Virus record (IMG/VR): IMGVR_UViG_3300035698_010479
Location: 124,001-188,000 of that record
Length of the DNA: 64,000 bases
Direction: 5' to 3' (one strand)
Part shown: piece by piece, positions 1 to 7,968 of the stretch
Layout of the letters: every line of letters begins with the position of its first letter
Position numbering within the stretch: position 1 is the stretch's first letter
Notes under the pieces: model-generated
Database searches by the model: none
What the model was told of the DNA's origin: nothing
Seen by the model: only the letters and a program-made list of their open reading frames with translations
Translations under genes and position numbers: made by a program

Positions 1-179
1 AATTCTGGTTTGAATTTAAGTAGTACTATCTCTAAATCTCTACTAAATAACAGTAGTCTAGCGGATCTTTGTAGTTTAGGACTTGTAACAATAACCCCCT
101 TAATAAAAGTTTTGCCATCACTTGTAAAACACCAACCAGTACAAGACGCTGACACGTCTAGACTTAATATGCTACACAT
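1..179 (-). CDS. ruvC: RuvC-like Holliday junction resolvase, N-terminal part (runs off window edge)
   Basis: Not in the ORF track. Manual translation from ATG at 179 gives [31 protein letters not shown]...[19 protein letters not shown], matching the RuvC/RNase H-fold start (hhxhDxxxxxTGW ... KP). It overlaps the dnaJ stop. Confidence 0.75.
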   Translation of the reverse strand, partial: MCSILSLDVSASCTGWCFTSDGKTFIKGVIVTSPKLQRSARLLLFSRDLEIVLLKFKPE

Positions 180-936
180 TACACACGTCTTTAATCACGT
201 TAAGCTGCTCAGGTGTTATCTTACTTGCTGTAGGCATTACTAAATTAAGCTGTATAAACACATTACCGTTAGGTCCACCGTTTCTACCTTTACCACCTTT
301 ACCTATAAACCTTAGTACAGTACCGTGGGTGGCTCCATCGGGTATGGCTATATCAATTTCCTTTTCCACAACTATATGGCCAGAATCACAGGCGGAACAC
401 TTTGTTTTAATCAAAAAACCTCTACCAGAACATGCTGTGCATGGTACTTGTGACATCATTCTAACGTTAAATTGACTAATAACTTGATCCTTACTACCTC
501 TTCCTTGACATTCCGAGCATGTAGTTCTGTCAGATGCACCAGTTCCTTCACAAATATCACAAGGTTCTACGATATTAAATTTAATATTTTTAGTTACACT
601 TGTTAATATGTCGTACAAATTAACTGCAAATTGTATGTTGACATCCTGCCCAGGCATAGCAAATGGTTGTCTATTGTTTCCACCACCCATACCAAAATGG
701 TTTTTAAAGAAATCATGTATATCAAAATTGTTGAAGCCAGACCTAGGGTGGTCATGTTGTTGTCTCTTGCCTGGATCTGATAGTATCTGGTAGGCATCGT
801 TTATTTCTTTAAACTTGGTGTCATCACCGTTATTTTTATCAGGGTGATACTGCAGTGCTAACTTTCTAAACGCTTTTTTAATGTCATCGTCGGAAGCACT
901 AGTAGGTACACCTAATATCTTATAATAATCTTTCAT
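172..936 (-). CDS. dnaJ: DnaJ-type co-chaperone (J domain, short G/F linker, zinc finger, shortened C-terminal region)
   Basis: DYYKILGV...YHPDKN J-domain with HPD motif; CxxCxGxG repeats ([28 protein letters not shown]); [18 protein letters not shown]-terminal motif. Confidence 0.95.
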   Translation of the reverse strand: MKDYYKILGVPTSASDDDIKKAFRKLALQYHPDKNNGDDTKFKEINDAYQILSDPGKRQQHDHPRSGFNNFDIHDFFKNHFGMGGGNNRQPFAMPGQDVNIQFAVNLYDILTSVTKNIKFNIVEPCDICEGTGASDRTTCSECQGRGSKDQVISQFNVRMMSQVPCTACSGRGFLIKTKCSACDSGHIVVEKEIDIAIPDGATHGTVLRFIGKGGKGRNGGPNGNVFIQLNLVMPTASKITPEQLNVIKDVCNV

Positions 937-938
937 AA

Positions 939-1289
939 TTAATCCTCTAACATTGTCACAACTTTACCGTCTATTACTACATTATCGCCCTTTATCGAAA
1001 AGCTCACAGGACAAAATAGCTGATTATCAGTTAGTTGTGGGTACTGCTTCATGCCAAAAAGAACTTTAGTAATTGTAGAAACATGAAAAACGTTATTATC
1101 AAAAATTGTAAAATCACCATCCTCTGCTGAAAAGAAGTCTGGGTCCAAGTTTAGATAAGTGCCTTTACGTGGTAAGGTAAACGAATACATATTTTCACTA
1201 ATACTTATTTTAAAATTATTAGCAGGTAGCATTGCCAGTGTAGGCATTGCGAACATAACTTCACCTTCCTTAAATTCAGTATCATTCAT
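939..1289 (-). CDS. hypothetical protein (116 aa)
   Basis: ORF with AGGAG RBS upstream, contiguous with the operon; no recognisable motif. Confidence 0.7.
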   Translation of the reverse strand: MNDTEFKEGEVMFAMPTLAMLPANNFKISISENMYSFTLPRKGTYLNLDPDFFSAEDGDFTIFDNNVFHVSTITKVLFGMKQYPQLTDNQLFCPVSFSIKGDNVVIDGKVVTMLED

Positions 1290-1312
1290 AAAATCTCTCC
1301 TTTAATTAATAA

Positions 1313-1621
1313 TTATAGTACAATAAACGTATCAACCATCACATTTGTCCAATACACTTTAGATGGTCCTTGACAATACTTACATTTAGCGTCATAAGAG
1401 GTTTCCTCTATATGACCGAATAGTTTTATATAGGTGCCATTAGGCAGTTCTGCTAAGTCGTCAGCAATCTTACCCCAAGCGCCTATCTTTATATATTGGA
1501 ATTTCTCATCTACAGGCACGGCTAACTTACATTTAAAATTGGTAACATTACTGTAAGTATTTGTCTCTTTGTAAGATATTTTTCCAACCAGTTTAACAAT
1601 ATTTTCACCTGATATATTCAT
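1313..1621 (-). CDS. ssb: single-stranded DNA-binding protein (short OB fold)
   Basis: NIVKLVGKI...YIKIGAWGKIADDL...GTYIKLFGHIEETSY follows the SSB OB-fold pattern; lies next to the primase. Confidence 0.75.
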   Translation of the reverse strand: MNISGENIVKLVGKISYKETNTYSNVTNFKCKLAVPVDEKFQYIKIGAWGKIADDLAELPNGTYIKLFGHIEETSYDAKCKYCQGPSKVYWTNVMVDTFIVL

Positions 1622-2642
1622 TTAGGTACCCATATATTACTTCCATAGTTAACTCAGCAGGGCTATCTGTTTCGCGTTTAACAGACGGGGTTATATCAAT
1701 ATCTACAACAGGAATTCCTTCCTTAGTTAGAGATTTCACACCCATAGTTGCCGCCGCCCTCCCAGATTTATCTGCGTCATACATCATTATTACACCATTT
1801 AAGGCATATATCTTTAGTAGTTGTACTTGCCCAGGACTTAGAAAAGATCCCATTGTACAAACTACATTATATATCCCGTAATCATATAAGCGCCATACTG
1901 ATTTAAAACCCTCTACTACAACTATTGGTGCTATATTACCATATACTTTAGCATTATGCAAGTTATAAAGCACTGAATCTTTTATAAAGCCTGTAGTAAT
2001 AATATATTTAAAAGAGTCGTCTGGTGGGTTAAGTCTTGTATCTTTTAAAGAATAAGCTTTTAAAGCACCACTAACATCTCGTAATGGGATTATGTCTCTA
2101 AGTATACCAAATTCATCTGTAAGCCCTCCAGCTATCTCGAAGTAGTCCAAGGTAGTGTTAGAAAAACTGTCTTGCCTTAATATGGTATTAGAACGTAAAG
2201 GTCTGTAAGAGCGTAGATGATCTTCTGACACATATGCTGGTTTCTGTATAGTAGCATAACTCTTTATAAAACTATCTCTATCCTTAGAGAATAATCTATC
2301 CGTTTTAAAAGTATTTGATAAAACAGTATCCCCTACTAAATCTTGCAGGTACTTAACTGCATCTTTAAAATCTACCTTTAAAACTCCTTTTATTAAACCT
2401 ATTAAATCATAACCATAGGTTTCCTGACATTTTGTTGTAAAACACAGCCAGGTACGGGTCTGCTTGTTTAGTCTAAACGCACTTCTATTATCCCCACCAT
2501 GAACAGCACATGCTGCTCTTATTTGTTTTGAATTTTCATTAGTTATCTTAAAACCTAAAGAATGTAACAGTAGATGTAAATCTACACTTTCTTTAAGCAC
2601 CTGAATATCTGTATTATCATAAGAGTGAGTTGTTTTCTGCAA
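1605..2642 (-). CDS. dnaG: DnaG-like DNA primase (CHC2 zinc finger plus TOPRIM)
   Basis: CAVHGGDN...WLCFTTKC zinc finger; VVVEG and MYDAD TOPRIM acidic motifs; follows the helicase. Confidence 0.9.
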   Translation of the reverse strand: MQKTTHSYDNTDIQVLKESVDLHLLLHSLGFKITNENSKQIRAACAVHGGDNRSAFRLNKQTRTWLCFTTKCQETYGYDLIGLIKGVLKVDFKDAVKYLQDLVGDTVLSNTFKTDRLFSKDRDSFIKSYATIQKPAYVSEDHLRSYRPLRSNTILRQDSFSNTTLDYFEIAGGLTDEFGILRDIIPLRDVSGALKAYSLKDTRLNPPDDSFKYIITTGFIKDSVLYNLHNAKVYGNIAPIVVVEGFKSVWRLYDYGIYNVVCTMGSFLSPGQVQLLKIYALNGVIMMYDADKSGRAAATMGVKSLTKEGIPVVDIDITPSVKRETDSPAELTMEVIYGYLNEYIR

Positions 2643-4086
2643 AGGTGTTACCCCCAGGTTGGCTGTTCCCTAAATCTATTTTTAAATCACTTAAATAATC
2701 AAATGTCTCAACTTGATCTTCCTGACCAACTTCTAAAATTCTAAGCTTTGTTTTCTTGAACTTAAAACCTATACCCCATTCACCAGTAGTACCACCACGT
2801 CTAGTATCTCTAATACATAAGCCATAATGCCCTGCAATGTCTAAATCTACGCCTTCTTCCTCTGCTTTTTTTAAATCCCTTAGCCCCCAAAAAGCAACTA
2901 TATCACCATACCTTGCCACTCTGTCTGAATCTGCTACGTCACCAGTTCTATTAACTTGCACCGCTGCCAAGAAAGGAATATCAAGTTGCCCTGATAAGTC
3001 TTTAAGTCTTGTTGTTACATCACCTAAAATCTGATACTCCTTTCTGCCTGCTTCCATACTAGAAGACTCAGGCTCTTTTATGTAATCAAAAACAGCAAGC
3101 TTAATGTCCTCTTTAAATTTATATTTCTTGTAAAGCGCTGAAATTTTTTCAAGATTATATCCTGGTAAATAATGATGAAATAGCTTACTTTTCTTCAAAT
3201 ATTTTGCAGCATCTTGTATACGTCTAAAAACCTCTTTATCATTTCTAAAGCCACCATGTTTAATTGTTCTTTCTTGAACACCACTTATTATTGCTAAAAC
3301 TCTATCACGCCACTCTTTAAAAGTCATCTCTGTATCAACATATAACGTAGGTAGGCCATCATTTACTGCAACGTGGGTAGCAATGTTAGTCAGTACAGTA
3401 GATTTACCCATTTTCTTTCTAGCAGCTACTATCATTAGTGTTCCTGGAATCAGTCCGTCTATAACTTTATCTAGAATTGGATAACCTGTAGATAGGCCAA
3501 TAACAGGTATATGGTCATCCATAATACTTTCTATATATTCATCAAGACCATCCGATATATGCTTAGGTTCTGCAATGGCTTCACTATGTATAGATAAAGA
3601 TATTAAATCTGCTTGTACATTATTAATTAAATCGTCACTGGACTTAGCTGCTAAAGAAGATGCGTGATTAAGCACAGTGTCTTTATGCATATTTAGTTTA
3701 CTAAAAAGTTTATATTTAGTACTATCATCAAGTAGCTTACTTATCAGATTAGGTAAATTAGCTTCTACTACTGGAACATTTAGTATAGCATCAATAAAAG
3801 CTTCACTACACAAATCCTCGAAGTTTAAGTCTATGGCTGTTTTAGTCAATAGTAACTTGCTAAACTTACTATATCCAGCCTTATTTAATAGGCTAAGTAT
3901 AGAAAAGTATGCTCTAGACTCTGGTGCTAAAAAATCATTCTCTTCAACTCTAGCCAGCACGTTAAAAAAGGCGTCTTCACTAAAAGACATTATAGAAAGT
4001 ATACCACGTTCATTATAAGCATCACAGAAAGTATGTGCAAATTTATCTACAGAGTTACTTATAGTGCCTTCTTTGGTATAATTCAT
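2617..4086 (-). CDS. dnaB: DnaB-like replicative helicase (start codon uncertain)
   Basis: GLSTGYPILDKVIDGL; Walker A ARKKMGKS; YVDTEM; Walker B AVFDY; AAVQVNR motif. Confidence 0.93.
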   Translation of the reverse strand: MNYTKEGTISNSVDKFAHTFCDAYNERGILSIMSFSEDAFFNVLARVEENDFLAPESRAYFSILSLLNKAGYSKFSKLLLTKTAIDLNFEDLCSEAFIDAILNVPVVEANLPNLISKLLDDSTKYKLFSKLNMHKDTVLNHASSLAAKSSDDLINNVQADLISLSIHSEAIAEPKHISDGLDEYIESIMDDHIPVIGLSTGYPILDKVIDGLIPGTLMIVAARKKMGKSTVLTNIATHVAVNDGLPTLYVDTEMTFKEWRDRVLAIISGVQERTIKHGGFRNDKEVFRRIQDAAKYLKKSKLFHHYLPGYNLEKISALYKKYKFKEDIKLAVFDYIKEPESSSMEAGRKEYQILGDVTTRLKDLSGQLDIPFLAAVQVNRTGDVADSDRVARYGDIVAFWGLRDLKKAEEEGVDLDIAGHYGLCIRDTRRGGTTGEWGIGFKFKKTKLRILEVGQEDQVETFDYLSDLKIDLGNSQPGGNTFAENNSLL

Positions 4087-4510
4087 TTTCTCTCCTTGTT
4101 AATTCACGCTTAAAAGCAGCTATAAGTTCCATAATTGTTTTATCAATACCATCAAGTAGTACTAATTCATCCTCTAGAGCTTCAATTTCTAGCTGTAATT
4201 TATTTAATACCTCGTTTGTGTATATTAAAGAAGCTCTGGCATCTTTCTTAGTTTTAAACTCCTTTATTACATCTGGAGTTATCAAACCAAATAGTACTCC
4301 TTCAATTATTCTTTCCTTTATAGTAACGTTTGCTTTAGTAGTATTATATTGTGACTTGAAATACACTAAATACTGAGATAATGCAAGTACACTTTTACTG
4401 ATAAACATATCATCAGTTTGTTCTAGTGTTCTAACATCATATGTAAATATCTGTTCTATTAGAGACTCTTCTGGTTTACTTTTTTGGTACAACAATAATC
4501 CAGCATCCAT
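4055..4510 (-). CDS. helical protein, possibly a UvsY-like recombination mediator
   Basis: 151 aa coiled-coil-rich protein between RecA and DnaB; function suggested only by size, helicity and context. Confidence 0.35.
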   Translation of the reverse strand: MDAGLLLYQKSKPEESLIEQIFTYDVRTLEQTDDMFISKSVLALSQYLVYFKSQYNTTKANVTIKERIIEGVLFGLITPDVIKEFKTKKDARASLIYTNEVLNKLQLEIEALEDELVLLDGIDKTIMELIAAFKRELTRRENELYQRRHYK

Positions 4511-4761
4511 TATGATACCTCTTTATCTTCATGTTTATTATCATCAGTAGCGTAATAACCAGTACAAAAATAATCGAAATCGTACTCCTTTGCTTCATAG
4601 TTAAAAAAATGGTACCAATCAGTTTTCATGCCTAGCTGTGTACAGTACTGACTTAAATCACAATATTTTGGGTCGCCAGTAGCAGTACCATCTTTCAAAG
4701 GTCTCCAGTCTAGACAATCCTTACAGTGCAGCTTTTTATTCACATTAATTAAATTAAACAT
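4510..4761 (-). CDS. hypothetical Cys-containing protein (83 aa)
   Basis: Overlaps both neighbours (coupled starts and stops); CxxC plus further Cys residues. Confidence 0.6.
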   Translation of the reverse strand: MFNLINVNKKLHCKDCLDWRPLKDGTATGDPKYCDLSQYCTQLGMKTDWYHFFNYEAKEYDFDYFCTGYYATDDNKHEDKEVS

Positions 4762-5098
4762 TCATGGCCTCATATATTCTTTTTAAAACAAGCTCTGTAG
4801 TTATCTTGTCTATTGTATCAAATAACAAAACTAATGTCAAGTCGTTTTCCTCACAATATTCAACTTTAAGACTATCTCTTCTTTTTTGAGCATAAAAATT
4901 AGAGGCGTCCCCATGAAAATGCTTTACAAATTCAGTATGTTGACGCCCCTGACATTCAAATAATAAACCTAAAGACCTTATATAAAAGTCGAAAAACAGT
5001 TGTGTATTTTTAAATTTAACATAATGTTCTTTCTCTACATAAGAAAATTGAAACTCTTTAATTAGTATACTATAAACATCTTCGGCTATTTTACTCAT
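4754..5098 (-). CDS. PD-(D/E)XK-type endonuclease (Vsr/DUF559-like)
   Basis: E...LFFDFYI...LLFECQGRQH...RRDSLKVEYCEENDLTLV is typical of this phage nuclease family. Confidence 0.75.
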   Translation of the reverse strand: MSKIAEDVYSILIKEFQFSYVEKEHYVKFKNTQLFFDFYIRSLGLLFECQGRQHTEFVKHFHGDASNFYAQKRRDSLKVEYCEENDLTLVLLFDTIDKITTELVLKRIYEAMNV

Positions 5099-5100
5099 AA

Positions 5101-6198
5101 CTAAACAGTGGCTTCTTTGGCTTTATCGTATTCTGCTTGAGCTGTGTAATAAACATCTAAACCAAGTAGTTTTGTTATCTCTTCTTTTATTAACAAAAAT
5201 ATATCTGGGTTATCATCAAAAAATTTTCTTACGCCATTATCGCCCTGGCCAATATTTTCGTCGCAATATTTATACCAACTACCAGATTTTGATAATATAC
5301 CTAAGTCCGTGGAAATTTTTATAACCTCACCAACCATGTCGTAGCCTATACCATAAATAAGATCTGTTTCGGCTTTTACGAAAGGACATGCCAGTTTATT
5401 TTTAATAGTTTCAAACTCTGTCTTATGTCCTATAACCTTACCCTTTTCATCTATAATACGGTTAGCTTTTGCACCCACACCAGAAACCCTTATTCTTCCA
5501 GTGCAATAGAAAGGTAAAGCATCTCCTCCCGTAGTTGTTTCAGGGTTACCATATCCGCCGATCTTATTTCGTGTTTGGTTTATAAATATAACACAAGTAT
5601 TGGTCTCGGCAGCTATAGGTACAAATCTAAGTGTAGTCTTACTCATTAATCTAGCCAATAGTGCAATAGTATTATCTTCTAATTCATTATCAGCAGCGAC
5701 CTTGGGTATTAGAGATGTTACAGAGTCTATAACTAATAGGTCTACATTACCAGTTTTCATGAGCAATTCAGCAACAGCTAGATTATCTTCTCCTGTATAC
5801 ATCTCCACTACGTGTAATTTCTCAGTATCCACCCCCATACTACTGAATAATCTAGGATCTGCACTATGTTCGGCATCCACGAATACACAATTCATGTTTC
5901 TACGTTGTGCCTCAGCAATTACGGACATGGCCAAAGTAGTTTTACCTGCGCTAGGTGGTCCGTATATTTCATAAAGTCTACCTTTAGCTACGCCTCCCCT
6001 GTCTAGTGCAGCATCTAGCCCTATACTCCTTGTAGAAATAGTATTTATTATTAGGGGCTTGTCACACATATACTGTAATACATTTGGATGTTTTTTATTA
6101 ATCGCTTTAACTGCTATATCAAAAGATGATAATTTGCCTGCATTGTTACCAAAAGCTGTAACATCTAGTGATCCGTCTTTAGTTTTTTTATTCGCCAT
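5101..6198 (-). CDS. recA: RecA recombinase
   Basis: EIYGPPSAGKTT Walker A; FVDAEH; VIDSVTSL; ARLMSK; IFINQTR; PETTTGGDALPFY; KNK; SGSWY. Confidence 0.97.
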   Translation of the reverse strand: MANKKTKDGSLDVTAFGNNAGKLSSFDIAVKAINKKHPNVLQYMCDKPLIINTISTRSIGLDAALDRGGVAKGRLYEIYGPPSAGKTTLAMSVIAEAQRRNMNCVFVDAEHSADPRLFSSMGVDTEKLHVVEMYTGEDNLAVAELLMKTGNVDLLVIDSVTSLIPKVAADNELEDNTIALLARLMSKTTLRFVPIAAETNTCVIFINQTRNKIGGYGNPETTTGGDALPFYCTGRIRVSGVGAKANRIIDEKGKVIGHKTEFETIKNKLACPFVKAETDLIYGIGYDMVGEVIKISTDLGILSKSGSWYKYCDENIGQGDNGVRKFFDDNPDIFLLIKEEITKLLGLDVYYTAQAEYDKAKEATV

Positions 6199-6763
6199 GT
6201 ACTCTCCTTAAATTATCAAAATTAAATCCTGTATACTCATCTGTTCGTAACTCGTCTGCGTCTACCATCTTACTTATCTTATACTCATTAAGCATTTCAA
6301 CATTATTATTTAATATGTTTATAACCTTATCGGTCAACCACTTACATTTATCACTACCAAAAATCCAGGTACCTATAGGTAATGTTAAATTAAGTTCACT
6401 CTCATAAACAAACAAAGCATTAATGATGTTAGCACAATCTTGTAATCCATCTTCAAAAGTACATTGTAACTCTTCCTGCCTATTTGATATAAATCTAGAA
6501 AATAATGCGCTGTCTTTCTGCCTGTTGGATACCAAGGAACATACATCATTATGATAATATTCCATAAGAGTATAAAATAAATTTATCAGATCGTCAAGTT
6601 TTTTTATCTGCCTAGGTTGATTTTTATTAGCTACCTTATACCCTAGAGATTTTAGTAAAGCTACACAAGCCAGTTCCACTTCCTTCTCATAGACATTATC
6701 TTTAAAAAAACTAGGTGTCTCTAATTGCTTAATTTTAGTAACTAAAACCTCTAAAGTAGTCAT
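6188..6763 (-). CDS. hypothetical protein (191 aa)
   Basis: ORF coupled to the clamp gene and to recA; no motif recognised. Confidence 0.7.
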   Translation of the reverse strand: MTTLEVLVTKIKQLETPSFFKDNVYEKEVELACVALLKSLGYKVANKNQPRQIKKLDDLINLFYTLMEYYHNDVCSLVSNRQKDSALFSRFISNRQEELQCTFEDGLQDCANIINALFVYESELNLTLPIGTWIFGSDKCKWLTDKVINILNNNVEMLNEYKISKMVDADELRTDEYTGFNFDNLRRVHGE

Positions 6764-7896
6764 TAGTGACGTCTTATAGGTGTAATTAATGCTTTTTGGT
6801 TACTAAATTGCGCGGAATCGAATATAACAGCACTTGTGTCATCCGAAAATTGCATTATAATCAAATCATCCATTATTGCAGTTAATGTTTGCAATAAATA
6901 AGTACCGTTTAAATCCACGATAAAACTGCCTTCAAATTTAATATCCTCTCCATACTCAGCATCAGCGAAGTCATTCTTTAATGACAATTTATTATTATCT
7001 AAGATTATAGTGAGCCTACTATGATCTTCCTGGTCTAAGGATGGTAATACGGGTGCCAAGCTGCTTAATAGTATATTTTTATTTAAAGTTATTGTATGTG
7101 TAAAATTATCAAAAGCTTTTAAATAATTAGGGTACTCTTCGCCAAGAATAAGCTGGCCATGTAGAGTGGTATTACCAAAATTAGCTTTAATTTTTCCACT
7201 ATCAATACAAAAATATACTACACTATCTGTATCTAGTATACGTTTTAAAGCAGTGACGAAAGCAAAAGTAACTATGTAGCTACCAGTAAGAAGCTTGCTT
7301 GTATTGGGTGTTTTGTATTCAGATAATTTTTGGGCGTCTGTGCCAGCAAAATAAATGAATTCTTTATCAAAATTTATGTTAATGCCTTGTAGGAAACCAC
7401 GTATAGATGATGGGTTTACGGCATACATTATTTTAGATAATGCCAGACGTAATGTAGCTGCATTTATTTCAAATAAACTTTGGTTAAACGGTGTTGGTAT
7501 TGCTATTTTTTGTGGTGGATAAAGCCTTAGTTTAAGTTTGTGGACGGTTTTTTTGTTATTAACAGCCATACTATCAATAGTTATAGATAAATCATTTTTT
7601 AATGCTTTAAATTTTACATTTTTAGCTCCAACTCCATCAGATAAGTAAGGAAATGCAAACAAGAAAGCACTTAATTTACCATAAAGAATAGCTACAGTAC
7701 CTGTAACTTTAACATCACACTTATTTACTATATGAGTTAACGATGTTAGCTTGTTACTACAAAGTATAACTAATTCACCAGTATCCCTTATGTCTATGAA
7801 TAGTTGCCCATCAGCCTCTTCGGAAGTTGGTTTAGCTACAGCACCAAATAACTTCATAGCTTTCTGAAGAGCTAATAAATCTACAGTAAATTCCAT
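6763..7896 (-). CDS. dnaN: DNA polymerase III beta-type sliding clamp
   Basis: 377 aa three-domain length; FLQGINI, AGTDAQKLS, GEEYPNY, LNGTYLLQTL, ALITPIR parallel conserved DnaN segments; AGGAG RBS at 7902-7906. Confidence 0.88.
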   Translation of the reverse strand: MEFTVDLLALQKAMKLFGAVAKPTSEEADGQLFIDIRDTGELVILCSNKLTSLTHIVNKCDVKVTGTVAILYGKLSAFLFAFPYLSDGVGAKNVKFKALKNDLSITIDSMAVNNKKTVHKLKLRLYPPQKIAIPTPFNQSLFEINAATLRLALSKIMYAVNPSSIRGFLQGININFDKEFIYFAGTDAQKLSEYKTPNTSKLLTGSYIVTFAFVTALKRILDTDSVVYFCIDSGKIKANFGNTTLHGQLILGEEYPNYLKAFDNFTHTITLNKNILLSSLAPVLPSLDQEDHSRLTIILDNNKLSLKNDFADAEYGEDIKFEGSFIVDLNGTYLLQTLTAIMDDLIIMQFSDDTSAVIFDSAQFSNQKALITPIRRH

Positions 7897-7939
7897 AAAT
7901 ACTCCTTTAGTTAATTTTTAAATTCTGAACTGTTTTTAT

Positions 7940-7968
7940 ATTATAATGTATATTATATATAATGTCAA
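7940..7968 (-). promoter_or_regulatory. consensus sigma70/sigmaA promoter for the replication operon
   Basis: Minus strand reads TTGACA (7968-7963), a 17-nt spacer, then TATAAT (7945-7940), about 45 nt before the dnaN ATG. Confidence 0.9.

Noticed and set aside
10-243. Plus-strand 77-aa ORF
   Set aside because: Antisense to the RuvC-like and dnaJ genes; no motif or RBS.
2617-6198. Inteins or introns in DnaB and RecA
   Set aside because: Both have normal lengths and no splice-junction or homing-endonuclease motifs.
1-7896. Bacterial chromosome origin for the dnaN/recA/dnaB/dnaG/dnaJ cluster
   Set aside because: Non-cellular gene order, divergent and shortened proteins, and direct linkage to more than 50 kb of tail genes indicate a phage.
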